64,000 bases of DNA from Planctomycetota bacterium (GTDB lineage: Bacteria; Planctomycetota; Planctomycetia; Pirellulales; Lacipirellulaceae): the NCBI GenBank assembly GCA_039190745.1, contig JBCCXZ010000009.1, positions 1 through 64,000 of the forward strand, given 5' to 3'. The position numbers and the translations under genes are program-made. The notes beneath the pieces were generated by a model that worked only from the letters and a program-made list of their open reading frames with translations, was not told where the DNA came from and did not search any database. The first letter of the stretch is position 1. The number at the start of each line of letters is the position of its first letter. Shown one piece after another: positions 33,528-43,549 of this stretch.

Positions 33528-35330
33528 TTAGACGCCTGCGCCCGGAGCGCCAAACACGGGCACGGGCGACCAGTCGGGCAACGCCTGTAGTGGCTCCGGG
33601 GCGTGGGCTTCAAAGTCCCCTTTGGCGTGCACCACTTTGCCGCCCGTAAGCGTAAGATCGGCTTCAATCTCGGTGATCTCCTCCTCGGGAACGGCAAAGT
33701 AGTCGCGATCGAGCACCGCGAAATCGGCGAGCTGCCCGGCCTTGATCTGCCCCTTCTTGCCTTCCTCTCTGCTGAACCAAGCAGCCGCTGCGGTCCAGTG
33801 ACGCAGTGCGTCGTGCCGGTCGAGCCGATCGGCAGGCGCCCATATCATGTCGCCGCCACGCCCTCTCCCCGAAACCGCCCAGTGGATCGCGAGCCAAGGG
33901 TTGTAGGAGGAGACCCTCGTCGCATCGGTGCCCGCGGCGAGTGGCGTACCCGAGGCCATCATCTTCTTGACGGGCATCACCTTGCGGAGCGCGTCCTCGC
34001 CGTAACGGTCGCGGTAGGCAGTCGTCTGGAACGCGATTCGGTTTTGGTAGCTGATGCCGCCTCCCAGCCGCGCCACCCGCTCCATCGTGGCCTCGGTGAT
34101 TGTCTCGCCGTGGTCGAAAATCCAATGCAACTCGTCCAGGCCACGATCACGCCCCGCGTCCTCGATGACGCTCAGAAGCCGATTCGCGCTCTCCTCATAC
34201 GTGCAGTGGAAACGGATCGGCCAGCGGTTGTCGAAAAGGAAGTCCAACACCGGACGCAGGTCGCCCTCCATCCGCTTTGGAAGTTCGGGGCGTGGATACG
34301 AAAAGTCCTCAAAGTCGTACGCCGACGCGACCAGCATCTCTCCGGCCCCGACGCACCTCAAGAAGTCATCGCCCTGGTCTGGTTTGACGATGTCGTTCCA
34401 TCGCTTGAAGTCTTGCAACTCGAACAACGGCCGCTGGGCGAACAGCTGGTAGCCGATGCGCACCGTCTGCTCGCCTCGGCGGTTGAGTTCGGTAATAACC
34501 CCGTAATCGTCCGGGTAGTTTAAGAACCCGCCGGCACAATCGAGTGCCGACGTAAGCCCGAGACCGTTCAGAGCCCGGAAGTAGTGCTTCGTTGAGGTGA
34601 TCTGCTGCTCGAAGTCCAGCTTCGGAGCCATGTCTAATAGGGCGTACAATGGCTGGGCGTTCGGGCGAGCCATAGCGAGGCCTGTGGGACGCCCTTGGTC
34701 GTTACGCTCCAGCCGGCCAGAGACAAAGGGCTCGTAGTAGTGCCGATCAATCCCAAGCGCACGCAACGCTGCGGCGTTGAGCCACGCGCGGTCGTAGAGG
34801 TGGAGGACGTAGACTGGGACATCCGGCGACACCGCGTTGATCTCGTCGAGCGTTGGCAGCCGCTTCTCAGCGAGTTGATCGACCGACCACCCCCCAACAA
34901 CGCGAATCCACTGGCCCGGCGGTGTCCGCTGCGCCTGACGCTCCAGCATCCGCAGACCCTCTGCCAGCGACGGGACGTGGTCCCATCGCAGCTCCATCGC
35001 GAAATTGTTGCCTTGCCGGATAATGTGCGTGTGGCTGTCGATCAGCCCCGGGATGACTCGGTTGCCCCGGAGATCGATGGTCTTGGTTTGTGGTCCGGCC
35101 AGCCTGAGCAGGTCCTTGTCGGAACCGACTGAGACGATCGTCGAGCCCGATACGGCAATGGCCGTCGCGTCGGGCTGCGCCGGGTCCATTGTCGTGACCT
35201 TTCCGTTGATGAGAATCTTGTCGGGTTCTCGGCCAATCGCTAGCGCGGCGCCGGCATCGCTATAACCCATCAAACCAACGGCCCCAGTCGCCACGGTAGT
35301 CTCGATGAACGTTCGCCTGGACATCGTCAT
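33528..35330 (-). CDS. YtcJ-like amidohydrolase (Amidohydro_3) with Tat signal
   Basis: SRRTFI Tat motif; PGLIDSHTH, RFH, DHGE, AGTD and GQIKAGQLADFAVL. Confidence 0.9.
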   Translation of the reverse strand: MTMSRRTFIETTVATGAVGLMGYSDAGAALAIGREPDKILINGKVTTMDPAQPDATAIAVSGSTIVSVGSDKDLLRLAGPQTKTIDLRGNRVIPGLIDSHTHIIRQGNNFAMELRWDHVPSLAEGLRMLERQAQRTPPGQWIRVVGGWSVDQLAEKRLPTLDEINAVSPDVPVYVLHLYDRAWLNAAALRALGIDRHYYEPFVSGRLERNDQGRPTGLAMARPNAQPLYALLDMAPKLDFEQQITSTKHYFRALNGLGLTSALDCAGGFLNYPDDYGVITELNRRGEQTVRIGYQLFAQRPLFELQDFKRWNDIVKPDQGDDFLRCVGAGEMLVASAYDFEDFSYPRPELPKRMEGDLRPVLDFLFDNRWPIRFHCTYEESANRLLSVIEDAGRDRGLDELHWIFDHGETITEATMERVARLGGGISYQNRIAFQTTAYRDRYGEDALRKVMPVKKMMASGTPLAAGTDATRVSSYNPWLAIHWAVSGRGRGGDMIWAPADRLDRHDALRHWTAAAAWFSREEGKKGQIKAGQLADFAVLDRDYFAVPEEEITEIEADLTLTGGKVVHAKGDFEAHAPEPLQALPDWSPVPVFGAPGAGV

Positions 35331-35678
35331 AGGTTTAGACCTTATTGAAAACCAGCTTGCAGGAATGGGTTTGCACGACGCGAGGCCCGACACAATATGA
35401 AGGTACCGATAGTGGCGAAGGATGCAACACAAGCGGAACAGAAGATTAAGCAACGGCGTGACCACCCAACCGGGCGTCAGCACAACTTACGCCGACAGAA
35501 GGCCCGAGGACACGAGCGGAGGCAACACTGCGGCAACTACAGCTAAACAGAGAACGACGTTTGTGTGTATCTCAGAACCTGCATTCGCTAGCTAAACGAA
35601 AGAGGGGGTTTCTCCTTAGGCGTCTCTGAATGGAGGCCTTTTTTCACAGCGGATCGATCCCGCTCCGGGGCGGGGTCC

Positions 35679-35845
35679 ATGATGGAACCCGCAATCGAAG
35701 ACCTGCAAGCCGAGCTCGGCGACGGGCTGTGGCTGCTGATCGCCGACCTGTTCGCCAACCCCGCGCCAGGCCCGCGGTGCGGCCGCCCGGTGGCCGACCC
35801 ACGCGGCTGCTTCGAGGGCCTGGTGTGGATCCTCCGCAGCGGCGG
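35679..35845 (+). pseudogene. Truncated IS5-family transposase N-terminus
   Basis: ELGDGLWLLIADLF...GRPVADPRGCFEGLVWILRSG matches the IS5/DUF4096 N-terminal pattern; no DDE core follows. Confidence 0.75.
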
Positions 35846-35975
35846 GCGTCAGGTGCTGCGTTCACCGGTTGGCGGCGCGGGCGCGCAGTCAAAACGCAGG
35901 CGGGTTCTGCGAGAAGCTCTTGGGCTTCCCAGGGCGGAGCAGGGGTATCACCCAGAGGCACAAGGAGGGTGCGTC
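35834..35975 (+). repeat. ~142 bp direct repeat, copy 2
   Basis: Aligns to 33101-33243. Confidence 0.9.
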
Positions 35976-36441
35976 ACGAGCTGCATGTTGCGGGGGTTGC
36001 CCGCAACCTGGACCTGATCGGCGATCCAGTGCGTCTGGTGCAAGAACAACGGCGTGTTCGCTAGGCGGTTGTCGTGAATCTGAGTGTCCGGCAGGGGCAC
36101 GATTGGGCAGGCGTCGGAGGCCCGTGCTGTTTGCATCGAGGTGTGGAGCACGAGCAAGGCGCAGCCGATCCGGACCAGAGACCTCTGAGGCGGTATGGTA
36201 CAACCGTCCGTTGTATGATTGAGCAGAACGCAACCCGCGGGGCCCGTATCCAACCGAGATGGGGAGCCGGCCCAAAGCGCCGTGCCCCGCCGACTTGAAT
36301 CGGACAGGGCCAAGAGAGTCGTGCCGATACGGCTTGCCTGACGGCCCTGCCACGCGCTGGGAAGTTCTCCACGGTCGACCGCCACGTTCCATCACTATCC
36401 GCTATCACAAGTCCTTCCGTCGGGGCCGTCACGCGAACCGA

Positions 36442-38364
36442 ATGACCCGTAACACGACTAGCCGAGAACGGTTCGAGGACTACCGGGCCGACCTCCGCCA
36501 ACGGGGCTACCAACCGACCAGCCGCCACGGTGCGGACCAGGCGGGGCACCGCCGTGAGCGTTCTTCGTGGGACTTGGTGCGGCGCTTTTTCGGGCTGCTC
36601 GACGAGCACCGCGCGAGCGTGGTCCTCTCGCTGGCGACGCTGACCGCGGCGACCATGATTGCGCTCGTGCCGCCTGCTGCAACGAAGTTCGTGGTCGACA
36701 ACGTGCTGGGCGGCGAGCCGCTACCGGAGTGGTTCCCGGCGTGGGTGCCCCGCGATCCCTGGCAGCTGATGCTGGTCATCGTGGCGGCCGTCATCGCAAT
36801 GTCTCTGGCGAAGATCGCACTGCATATTTGGGGGCGTTGGCACGCGACGCGGGTCACCAAGTTGGTGCAGATGTCGGTCCGCCGTAAGGTCATCAACCAA
36901 GCCCTCCGGCTGCCGCTGCACCGCGTACAGGAACTGAAGTCGGGGGGCACGGCGAGCATCCTCCGGCAAGACGCCGGCAGCGTGGGCGACCTGGTTTTCG
37001 GCCTGCTCTACAACCCTTGGCAGGCGATCATCCAGCTCTTGGGCAGCATGCTGGTGCTCGCGTGGGTCGATTGGCGGCTGCTGCTGGGAGCCCTGGTGCT
37101 CGTGCCGCTGGTGTTCATCACGCACCGAACTTGGATCGGCCGGATCCGGCCGCAGTTCAAGGCGGTCCGCACGCAACGCGAGGAAGTTGATGCGTTGGCG
37201 ACCGAGTCGTTCGGAGGCACACGCGTCGTGCGGGCTTTCAGCCGCCAACGTGCCGAATCGAACCGCATCATGCGGGGCAACCACCTCATGGGCCGGCAAG
37301 AGCTGCACGCCTGGTGGTGGATGCGGACCGTCGAAATCGTCTGGGAGGCGTTGATCCCGATGGCCTCGGCGGCGCTCTTACTCTACGGCGGGTGGCAGGT
37401 GTTAGAGGGCGACCTCACGCTCGGAGACTTGGTGATGTTCCTGGTGTATTTGCTGATGCTGCTCAGCCCGCTGGCGGTGCTCGCGCAGAGCGCCGCGGCG
37501 TTCCAGAACAGCCTCTCTGGCTTCGACCGGGTGCTCGACCTGCTGGACGAACCGCGGGAGATGGAAAACTCCGGTTCGGCCCACTTCGTCACGGGCGATG
37601 CATTCGACGGGCGGTTCACTTTCGAGGGCGTCAGCTTCGCGTACCCCAACTCCGAAGCCTTGGCCCTGGACGGCGTCTCGCTCGAAGTGGCCGCGGGAGA
37701 AACGGTCGCCTTGGTCGGCCCCAGCGGCGCCGGGAAGACGACGCTCTGCAACCTCATCGCGCGGTTCTACGACCCCACGAGCGGCCGTGTGCTGGCCGAC
37801 GGCCGCGACCTCCGCGACCTGAACGTGGAAAGTTACCGGCGGATGATCGGGATTGTCGAGCAGGACGTCTTCCTGTTCGACGGCACCGTGGCGGCTAACA
37901 TCGGCTACGCCGACCGCGACGCGACAGAGGAAGACGTCCGCCGAGCGGCCGACATCGCGAACGCGACCGAGTTTATCGATGCGTTGCCCGAAGGCTTCGG
38001 CACCGTCATCGGCGAACGAGGCCTGAAGCTCAGCGGTGGGCAGAGGCAGCGTTTGGCGATCGCCCGGGCGGTGCTCGCCGACCCCCGCGTGCTGATCATG
38101 GACGAGGCGACCAGCAACCTCGACACTGAGAGCGAGCGGATGATCCAGGCGAGCCTGCAGCTGCTCACCCGCGACCGCACGTGCTTCATCATCGCCCATC
38201 GCCTGAGCACCATCGCGCACGCCGACCGCATCGTGGTCCTCCGCGAAGGCCGGGTTGTGGAGACCGGCACGCACGAGTCGCTCATGGAATCCGGCGGGTC
38301 GTACCGCGAGATGGTCGAACTGCAGACGCGTCCCCCAGAGCCGGCAGAAGACGCGACGGCCTAG
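36442..38364 (+). CDS. ABC exporter, fused permease and ATPase
   Basis: TM domain, GPSGAGKT, LSGGQRQR, IMDEATS and IAHRLST. Confidence 0.93.
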   Translation: MTRNTTSRERFEDYRADLRQRGYQPTSRHGADQAGHRRERSSWDLVRRFFGLLDEHRASVVLSLATLTAATMIALVPPAATKFVVDNVLGGEPLPEWFPAWVPRDPWQLMLVIVAAVIAMSLAKIALHIWGRWHATRVTKLVQMSVRRKVINQALRLPLHRVQELKSGGTASILRQDAGSVGDLVFGLLYNPWQAIIQLLGSMLVLAWVDWRLLLGALVLVPLVFITHRTWIGRIRPQFKAVRTQREEVDALATESFGGTRVVRAFSRQRAESNRIMRGNHLMGRQELHAWWWMRTVEIVWEALIPMASAALLLYGGWQVLEGDLTLGDLVMFLVYLLMLLSPLAVLAQSAAAFQNSLSGFDRVLDLLDEPREMENSGSAHFVTGDAFDGRFTFEGVSFAYPNSEALALDGVSLEVAAGETVALVGPSGAGKTTLCNLIARFYDPTSGRVLADGRDLRDLNVESYRRMIGIVEQDVFLFDGTVAANIGYADRDATEEDVRRAADIANATEFIDALPEGFGTVIGERGLKLSGGQRQRLAIARAVLADPRVLIMDEATSNLDTESERMIQASLQLLTRDRTCFIIAHRLSTIAHADRIVVLREGRVVETGTHESLMESGGSYREMVELQTRPPEPAEDATA

Positions 38365-38609
38365 CTGTCGGTGCTGAGCGGGTCGGCCCAGTCGAGCCCG
38401 GTCGCCTGCGTCACGCGCTGCTGGAAGTCGCCCAACAAACCGCCGAAGACGCTCCAACCGTCCTTCTGCCGGGCCTCGAGATCGCCCTGCTGGTTGACCC
38501 GCACGATGGTCTCGTCGCCGATGCCGCTGGCCTTAAGCCCCTCGGCGTCCATCTCCCCGGGCTCGGCGAAGGAGAGCAGTTGTTTGCCGGTCATCTCGAT
38601 GAACTGCAT
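38361..38609 (-). CDS. Small hypothetical protein
   Basis: Compact 82-aa protein-like ORF (MQFIEMTGKQLL...VRVNQQGDLE) filling the gap. Confidence 0.65.
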   Translation of the reverse strand: MQFIEMTGKQLLSFAEPGEMDAEGLKASGIGDETIVRVNQQGDLEARQKDGWSVFGGLLGDFQQRVTQATGLDWADPLSTDS

Positions 38610-38825
38610 CGACTGAGGTTTCCTATTGGGCAAGATCGGTTTCGGGGCCGGCTGTTAATTCTCTCAGCAAGACTTACTACTCTCAGTAAAAGCGGAACTA
38701 CTGCTTGCCGCAAGTGGATCGGCGTTGATCGCTCAAGGTCTCGACTGGACTTCACTCAGTCGAGAGCACAAAATCGAAGCTAAAGGGCCGCTGCGCCCGA
38801 GTCTCTTGCCATCTGAGCGTACGCC

Positions 38826-39347
38826 ATGCCTTATAATTGGGACCGCGGCCGGATCGCCTTCCTCGCCGGCGAGGGGGGCGTGATCGTCATCAACCTCCGC
38901 GACCGCGAGAGCGAGGGCCGCTGTTTTCTCGAATGGTGTGCGGACGACGTGACCCGCGAGCGGCTGATTGCCTGTTACGCAGAGTGCTTCACCTTCCGCA
39001 AGGAGCAGCTCGGCATTGAGGCGTTGGCCAACCTGAAGGACCACGACGAGCCGGTCAAGCTGCTGGTGAACTTCCGACCGTGGCGGGAGCGCGAGGTGCA
39101 GGTCGAAGCATTCCGCGACTTCCGCGGCCTGCTGAGCGAGCGTGAGGAAGAGCTGCTCACCTGGATCGGCAACGACATCAGCGACGATACGATCGCCGAG
39201 GCGATGGGCATCACCATCCGCACCGTGCAGGGCATGCGGAGCGACATCAAGAAAAAGCTCGGCGTCACGCAGACCGCCGGGCTGATCCTCGCCGCCGACC
39301 GACTGGGCTGGGGCTTCCGCCGCGAGCAGCTCGAAGGCTGCGACTAG
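38826..39347 (+). CDS. LuxR-family HTH transcriptional regulator
   Basis: C-terminal LSEREEELL..I.....IAEAMGITIRTV.....IKKKLG. Confidence 0.8.
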   Translation: MPYNWDRGRIAFLAGEGGVIVINLRDRESEGRCFLEWCADDVTRERLIACYAECFTFRKEQLGIEALANLKDHDEPVKLLVNFRPWREREVQVEAFRDFRGLLSEREEELLTWIGNDISDDTIAEAMGITIRTVQGMRSDIKKKLGVTQTAGLILAADRLGWGFRREQLEGCD

Positions 39348-39377
39348 CAGCCGGCACTCTTTCCTCCGGCGTGCGTG

Positions 39378-40025
39378 CTAGTAACCAAAGTGCGCAGCCG
39401 CGTGCAGCTTGGCCAAGTCGGACTGGGCCAGGCCCTCGATCTTCTCGGCGTCGAACCGGTGGTCGTTGGTCAGGTGCTCGAAGAACGACATGCCGGCCAC
39501 GTCGGCCGGGGGAGCGTCGATCGTCTTGAGCCAGATGGCAAGCTCGGCGGCCCGCAGGCTGCGGAGCCACTTGCTCGGGGGCAACCCGTGCCGGGCCCGG
39601 CGTTCGGGGTCGGGCGTGCGGAACTCGGCGTTCGCTAGCCCGGAGCCCGGCGCGTCGAACCGCTTGCCCCGGTAGCCGGTGCGGACGGATTCGGGCGCCG
39701 CCGATTCGTCGAGGTAGCCCTCCACCGACTCAAGCGGCTCGCCGGTTTCGGTGTTCAGCGGCACCGTCACGCCGGTGAGTACCCACTCGCCGTCGATGAG
39801 CGACTCGCGTTCGTACCAACGCCAGCCGGGGTTGTGGCGAGAGCTCCAGTGTTCGGCTGTCTTCCGCTGGGGCTTGGCGGTCTCTGCCCTGGCGGGGGGC
39901 GTCGCGGGCGTGTCGGTGCGGTCCATCAATCCGGCGGCCAGCGCGTCGAGCGTTTCGGAGCGCACGGCCTCCGCCAGGCTGAACAGCCCCATGCCGAGCC
40001 AGAATGCGAACTGTCTGCGGAACAC
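39378..40025 (-). CDS. Hypothetical protein with RR-containing N-terminus
   Basis: FRRQFAFWLGMGLFSLAE N-terminus and His-rich C-terminus; start at GTG is uncertain. Confidence 0.6.
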   Translation of the reverse strand: MFRRQFAFWLGMGLFSLAEAVRSETLDALAAGLMDRTDTPATPPARAETAKPQRKTAEHWSSRHNPGWRWYERESLIDGEWVLTGVTVPLNTETGEPLESVEGYLDESAAPESVRTGYRGKRFDAPGSGLANAEFRTPDPERRARHGLPPSKWLRSLRAAELAIWLKTIDAPPADVAGMSFFEHLTNDHRFDAEKIEGLAQSDLAKLHAAAHFGY

Positions 40026-40319
40026 AACCACAGCCCTTGTTACCCCGGGGGGTGGGGACACACCGAACAGCGTCCCCCTGGGTCCTTTATACGTCGGACC
40101 GAGCGCCGGGTGTTCACGCCAACCCTTCCGCCCGCGAAGTCTGGGGCAACGACCGGCCCCCCAACCGCGACAGCCCGCGGCAGGCCGCCCGGGCCAGAAA
40201 GGCTCAAGTTCCGCGGCCTCGGGGCCGGTCGGTGGCACGCCGAAATCTGCTGGTGTATGTTCGCGTGCGCTGCCGGCTTCCCATCCGCCCGAACTACCCC
40301 CGAATGCGGCCCCGACGCA

Positions 40320-41654
40320 ATGAATCCACTCCGCTTGCTCCTGTTTCTGCTGCTCGTCTTCCCGGCGGTCTCCCCTCATGCCGCGAAGGGGCACGAACCC
40401 CCGAAACGCTTCACCGAGAAGGCACAGCACAAGCCGACGCCGCTTCCCGACCGGGTGATCCTCACCCTGACCGAGTCGCCCGCCACGTCGGTCGACGTCA
40501 CTTGGCGGACGAGCACCGAGGTGGAAAAGAGCGTGGTGGAGGTCGCCCCGGCAGACGGCGTCGCGGGGAACCTCATGGCGGGCATCGTGCCCTGGGCTGA
40601 AGAAGTCGCCGGCGCGCACGAGCCGTTCAAGTCCGACCTGGGGACGTGCCACATGCACACCGCCCGGCTGGAGGGCTTGAAGCCGGCGACTATGTACGTC
40701 TACCGCGTCGGAGACGGCGACAAACGCTGGAGCGAGTGGCACCAGGTGGTAACGGCCAGCGACGCGGCGGAGCCGTTTACGTTCATCTACTTCGGCGACG
40801 CCCAGAACGCGGTTCGGTCGATGTGGTCGCGTGTCGTTCGCGAGGCGAACCTGACCGCGCCCAAGGCGGCGTTTATGCTGCACGCCGGCGACCTCATCAA
40901 CCGAGCCAACCGCGACGCGGAGTGGGGCGAGTGGTTCTACGCCGGCGGCTGGCTGAATGGGCGGATCCCCTCCATCGCCACGCCGGGCAACCACGAGTAC
41001 GACAGGCTCCCCGGGGAAGACGACAAGAGCCTGTCGCTGCATTGGCGGCCCTCCTTCTCGTTCCCAACGAACGGACCGGAAGGGCTGGAGGAAACCGTCT
41101 ACTGGCTCGACTATCAGGGCGTGCGTTTCGTCGCGCTCAACAGCAACGAGCAGGTCGACCGACAGACCGAGTGGCTGCGCAGCGTACTCGCGGACGCGTC
41201 GCGGCCGAAATGGACTGTGGTCACTTTTCACCACCCGATCTACTCCGCGGCCCGCAACCGCGACAACCCCGGCCTGCGTAAGCAGTGGCGGCCGCTGCTG
41301 GAGGAGCAGGGCGTCGACCTGGTGCTGCAGGGGCACGACCACGCCTACGCCCGCTCCGGGCTAGGCGGTCCCGAAAACGTGACCGAAGGAGTGCGGACGA
41401 AGCAGAGCAACACGGTCTACGTCGTTAGCGTCAGCGGCCCGAAAATGTACCCGGTGCAACAAACCTGGGACATGAGCCGCGCCGCCTCGGGGGTGCAGCT
41501 CTTCCAGGTGATCTACGTCTCGCAGGATGACATCAAATATGAAGCCCGGCTCGCTACGGGCGAGCTCTACGACGCGTTCACGCTTACGAAGAACGCCGAC
41601 GGCGTGAGCACGCTCACCGAACAAGTGCCGGAGACAGAGGCAATCCGAAAGTAA
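40320..41654 (+). CDS. Purple acid phosphatase-like metallophosphoesterase with FN3-like N-domain
   Basis: GDAQ, HAGDL, GNHE, FHHP and GHDH; signal peptide. Confidence 0.9.
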   Translation: MNPLRLLLFLLLVFPAVSPHAAKGHEPPKRFTEKAQHKPTPLPDRVILTLTESPATSVDVTWRTSTEVEKSVVEVAPADGVAGNLMAGIVPWAEEVAGAHEPFKSDLGTCHMHTARLEGLKPATMYVYRVGDGDKRWSEWHQVVTASDAAEPFTFIYFGDAQNAVRSMWSRVVREANLTAPKAAFMLHAGDLINRANRDAEWGEWFYAGGWLNGRIPSIATPGNHEYDRLPGEDDKSLSLHWRPSFSFPTNGPEGLEETVYWLDYQGVRFVALNSNEQVDRQTEWLRSVLADASRPKWTVVTFHHPIYSAARNRDNPGLRKQWRPLLEEQGVDLVLQGHDHAYARSGLGGPENVTEGVRTKQSNTVYVVSVSGPKMYPVQQTWDMSRAASGVQLFQVIYVSQDDIKYEARLATGELYDAFTLTKNADGVSTLTEQVPETEAIRK

Positions 41655-41671
41655 TAGCCAGTGGGGAATGA

Positions 41672-41698
41672 ACCGCAGAGGACGCGGAGGGCGCAGAG
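41672..41698 (+). repeat. CGCAGAG 9-bp-period arm (left inverted repeat of the GxxExxY cassette)
   Basis: ACCGCAGAGGACGCGGAGGGCGCAGAG is the reverse complement of 42165-42191 at 25/27 positions. Confidence 0.9.
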
Positions 41699-41736
41699 AG
41701 AAAAAGAGAGAAAAGAAGTAGCAGGAAGGGGTTTGG

Positions 41737-42114
41737 ATGGAGGTGAACAAGGTTAGCGGGGCCATTGTCGATGCGGCAATGAAAGTGCACTCGGCACTGG
41801 GGCCAGGGTTATTGGAGTCGGCCTACGAAGGCTGTCTTACTTTTGAGTTGAATCGCCGGGGATTGTCGGTTGCTCGGCAAAACGAACTGCCCGTCGTCTA
41901 CGAGAAAGTCCGGATAGATGTTGGCTATCGTTTGGACTTGCTGGTTGAAGAATCCGTGATAGTAGAGCTGAAGGCGGTCGAGAAGCTAAAGGAAATCCAT
42001 AAGGCCCAGCTACTCAGTTACCTCAAACTGAGCAACAAGCCAGTCGGTCTCCTCATCAACTTTCACGTACAGAGATTGAAAGACGGAATCGTCCGCCTAG
42101 CAAACAACGCCTAG
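41737..42114 (+). CDS. GxxExxY protein (PD-(D/E)XK-like)
   Basis: VHSALGPGLLESAYE, RLDLLVE..VIVELKAV, QLLSYLK and GLLINF; visibly lower GC than its neighbours. Confidence 0.93.
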   Translation: MEVNKVSGAIVDAAMKVHSALGPGLLESAYEGCLTFELNRRGLSVARQNELPVVYEKVRIDVGYRLDLLVEESVIVELKAVEKLKEIHKAQLLSYLKLSNKPVGLLINFHVQRLKDGIVRLANNA

Positions 42115-42164
42115 CAGCCACGTACTTTCCTCTTCTTGCCTCTTTCCCTCTTCCTCTCCTTTTC

Positions 42165-42191
42165 CTCTGCGACCTCCGCGACCTCTGCGGT
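42165..42191 (-). repeat. CGCAGAG 9-bp-period arm (right inverted repeat of the GxxExxY cassette)
   Basis: CTCTGCGACCTCCGCGACCTCTGCGGT. Confidence 0.9.
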
Positions 42192-42205
42192 AAATCCCCT
42201 CGCGT

Positions 42206-43267
42206 TCACCGCGTTTGCAGCTCGTCCAGAGTCACCGCGTACTCCATCAGCCGCTGGCCCTCGCTGCCGATGCCGACCATTGTCACCAAGACCGGCTGGG
42301 CGCCCCAGTCGATCCGCAGCACGCCGAAATTGGTCTGCCGCAGCACCGGCGAGACGCGGAAGCGGTTCGGCTCGTCCGCTTCGCCGGGGTCCTGCGTCAG
42401 GCCCGACGAGGTAAAGTCGACCATCGGGTACGGCGCCGCCTCTTCCTCGTCGCGCGAGATCTCCATGAGGTGGCGGTCGCCGGAGACCATCACCACGCCG
42501 CCGGCGCCCGTCTCGCCGATCAGGTCGTACAGCCGCCGCCGCTCGTGCGGGAAGTTGCCCCAGCACTCCCACTGGTGCTCGTAGGGCACGACCTGGATGC
42601 TCGACCCGATCACGCGCAGGTCGGCCGGCTTCTTGAGTTGCTCGCCGAGCCACGACCACTGCTCCTCGCCTAGGAGTTGGGGCGATCCGTCTTCGTGCGG
42701 GAGGTACGGCCCAATGTTCCCGCGTTGCCAGTTCTCTGCACGCCGCAAGGCGTCGCGGTGGTAGCGGGTGTCGAGCAGGATCACCTGCACCCGCCGGCCC
42801 GGCGGGCCGAACACCCACGCGCCGTACACGCCTTCACGCTGCCAGCGGAGCGAGTCGGCCGGCTCATTGAAGAACATCAGCATCAGCTGCTGCGACTCAC
42901 GCTTCATGGGGAACTCTTTGCCCGCGTCGTTCAGGCCGTAGTCGTGGTCGTCCCAGGTGGCGAGCACCGGGCAGGTCCGCAGGAGCCGCTGGTACCCAGG
43001 CTGCTGCCCGAGCACTCGGTAGGCCTCGGCGATGTCGCCCGGCGAGCGCGGCTTCTCCGGCGAGTCGGCGTACATGTTGTCGCCGATGAACAGGAACAAG
43101 TCCGGCTGCTGGGCGATCACCTGATCCCAGATCGGCTGCGGGCGGTCTTCCTTGGCGCAGGAGCCGAAGGCGATCGTGTCGATCACCCCGTCGGCGGCGG
43201 AAACTGCCTGCATCGAAAGAACAGTGCAAGCGGCGAGCAGGATCAGAGCAGCGGCGGAGCGTGACAT
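42206..43267 (-). CDS. phoD: PhoD-family alkaline phosphatase
   Basis: IAFGSC, GDNMYAD, WDDHD, LLDTRY, LLGEEQW.WL and SGDRH. Confidence 0.88.
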   Translation of the reverse strand: MSRSAAALILLAACTVLSMQAVSAADGVIDTIAFGSCAKEDRPQPIWDQVIAQQPDLFLFIGDNMYADSPEKPRSPGDIAEAYRVLGQQPGYQRLLRTCPVLATWDDHDYGLNDAGKEFPMKRESQQLMLMFFNEPADSLRWQREGVYGAWVFGPPGRRVQVILLDTRYHRDALRRAENWQRGNIGPYLPHEDGSPQLLGEEQWSWLGEQLKKPADLRVIGSSIQVVPYEHQWECWGNFPHERRRLYDLIGETGAGGVVMVSGDRHLMEISRDEEEAAPYPMVDFTSSGLTQDPGEADEPNRFRVSPVLRQTNFGVLRIDWGAQPVLVTMVGIGSEGQRLMEYAVTLDELQTR

Positions 43268-43516
43268 AGCGGCTTGGCGGGTAGAAGGGCAGGGCGGGGC
43301 ACACGGGAGTGTGACCGTTGCCGACCGAGCCCGTCAACCAGCCGCCGCGAATCTTCACGGGCATAACGGACACCGCACTGGCGCGAGGGCCGTCTTGCTC
43401 TTTGTGGGAGGCCTCTCCGAGGCCGATGATGTTCTCAAAGCAGACCGAAATCGGGCTCAGAGAGCCCCCCCACACTAGGACGAGAGCAGGAGAAGCCGGG
43501 CCCCTTCCCACTTTCC

Positions 43517-43545
43517 CTCCGCGTACTCTGCGCCCTCTGCGGTTC
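43517..43545 (-). repeat. Solo CGCAGAG arm just after the preA stop
   Basis: Minus strand reads GAACCGCAGAGGGCGCAGAGTACGCGGAG. Confidence 0.8.
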
Positions 43546-43549
43546 CACT

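Noticed and set aside
35948..36385. ORFs between the IS relic and the ABC gene
   Set aside because: No motifs and atypical composition; probably non-coding debris.
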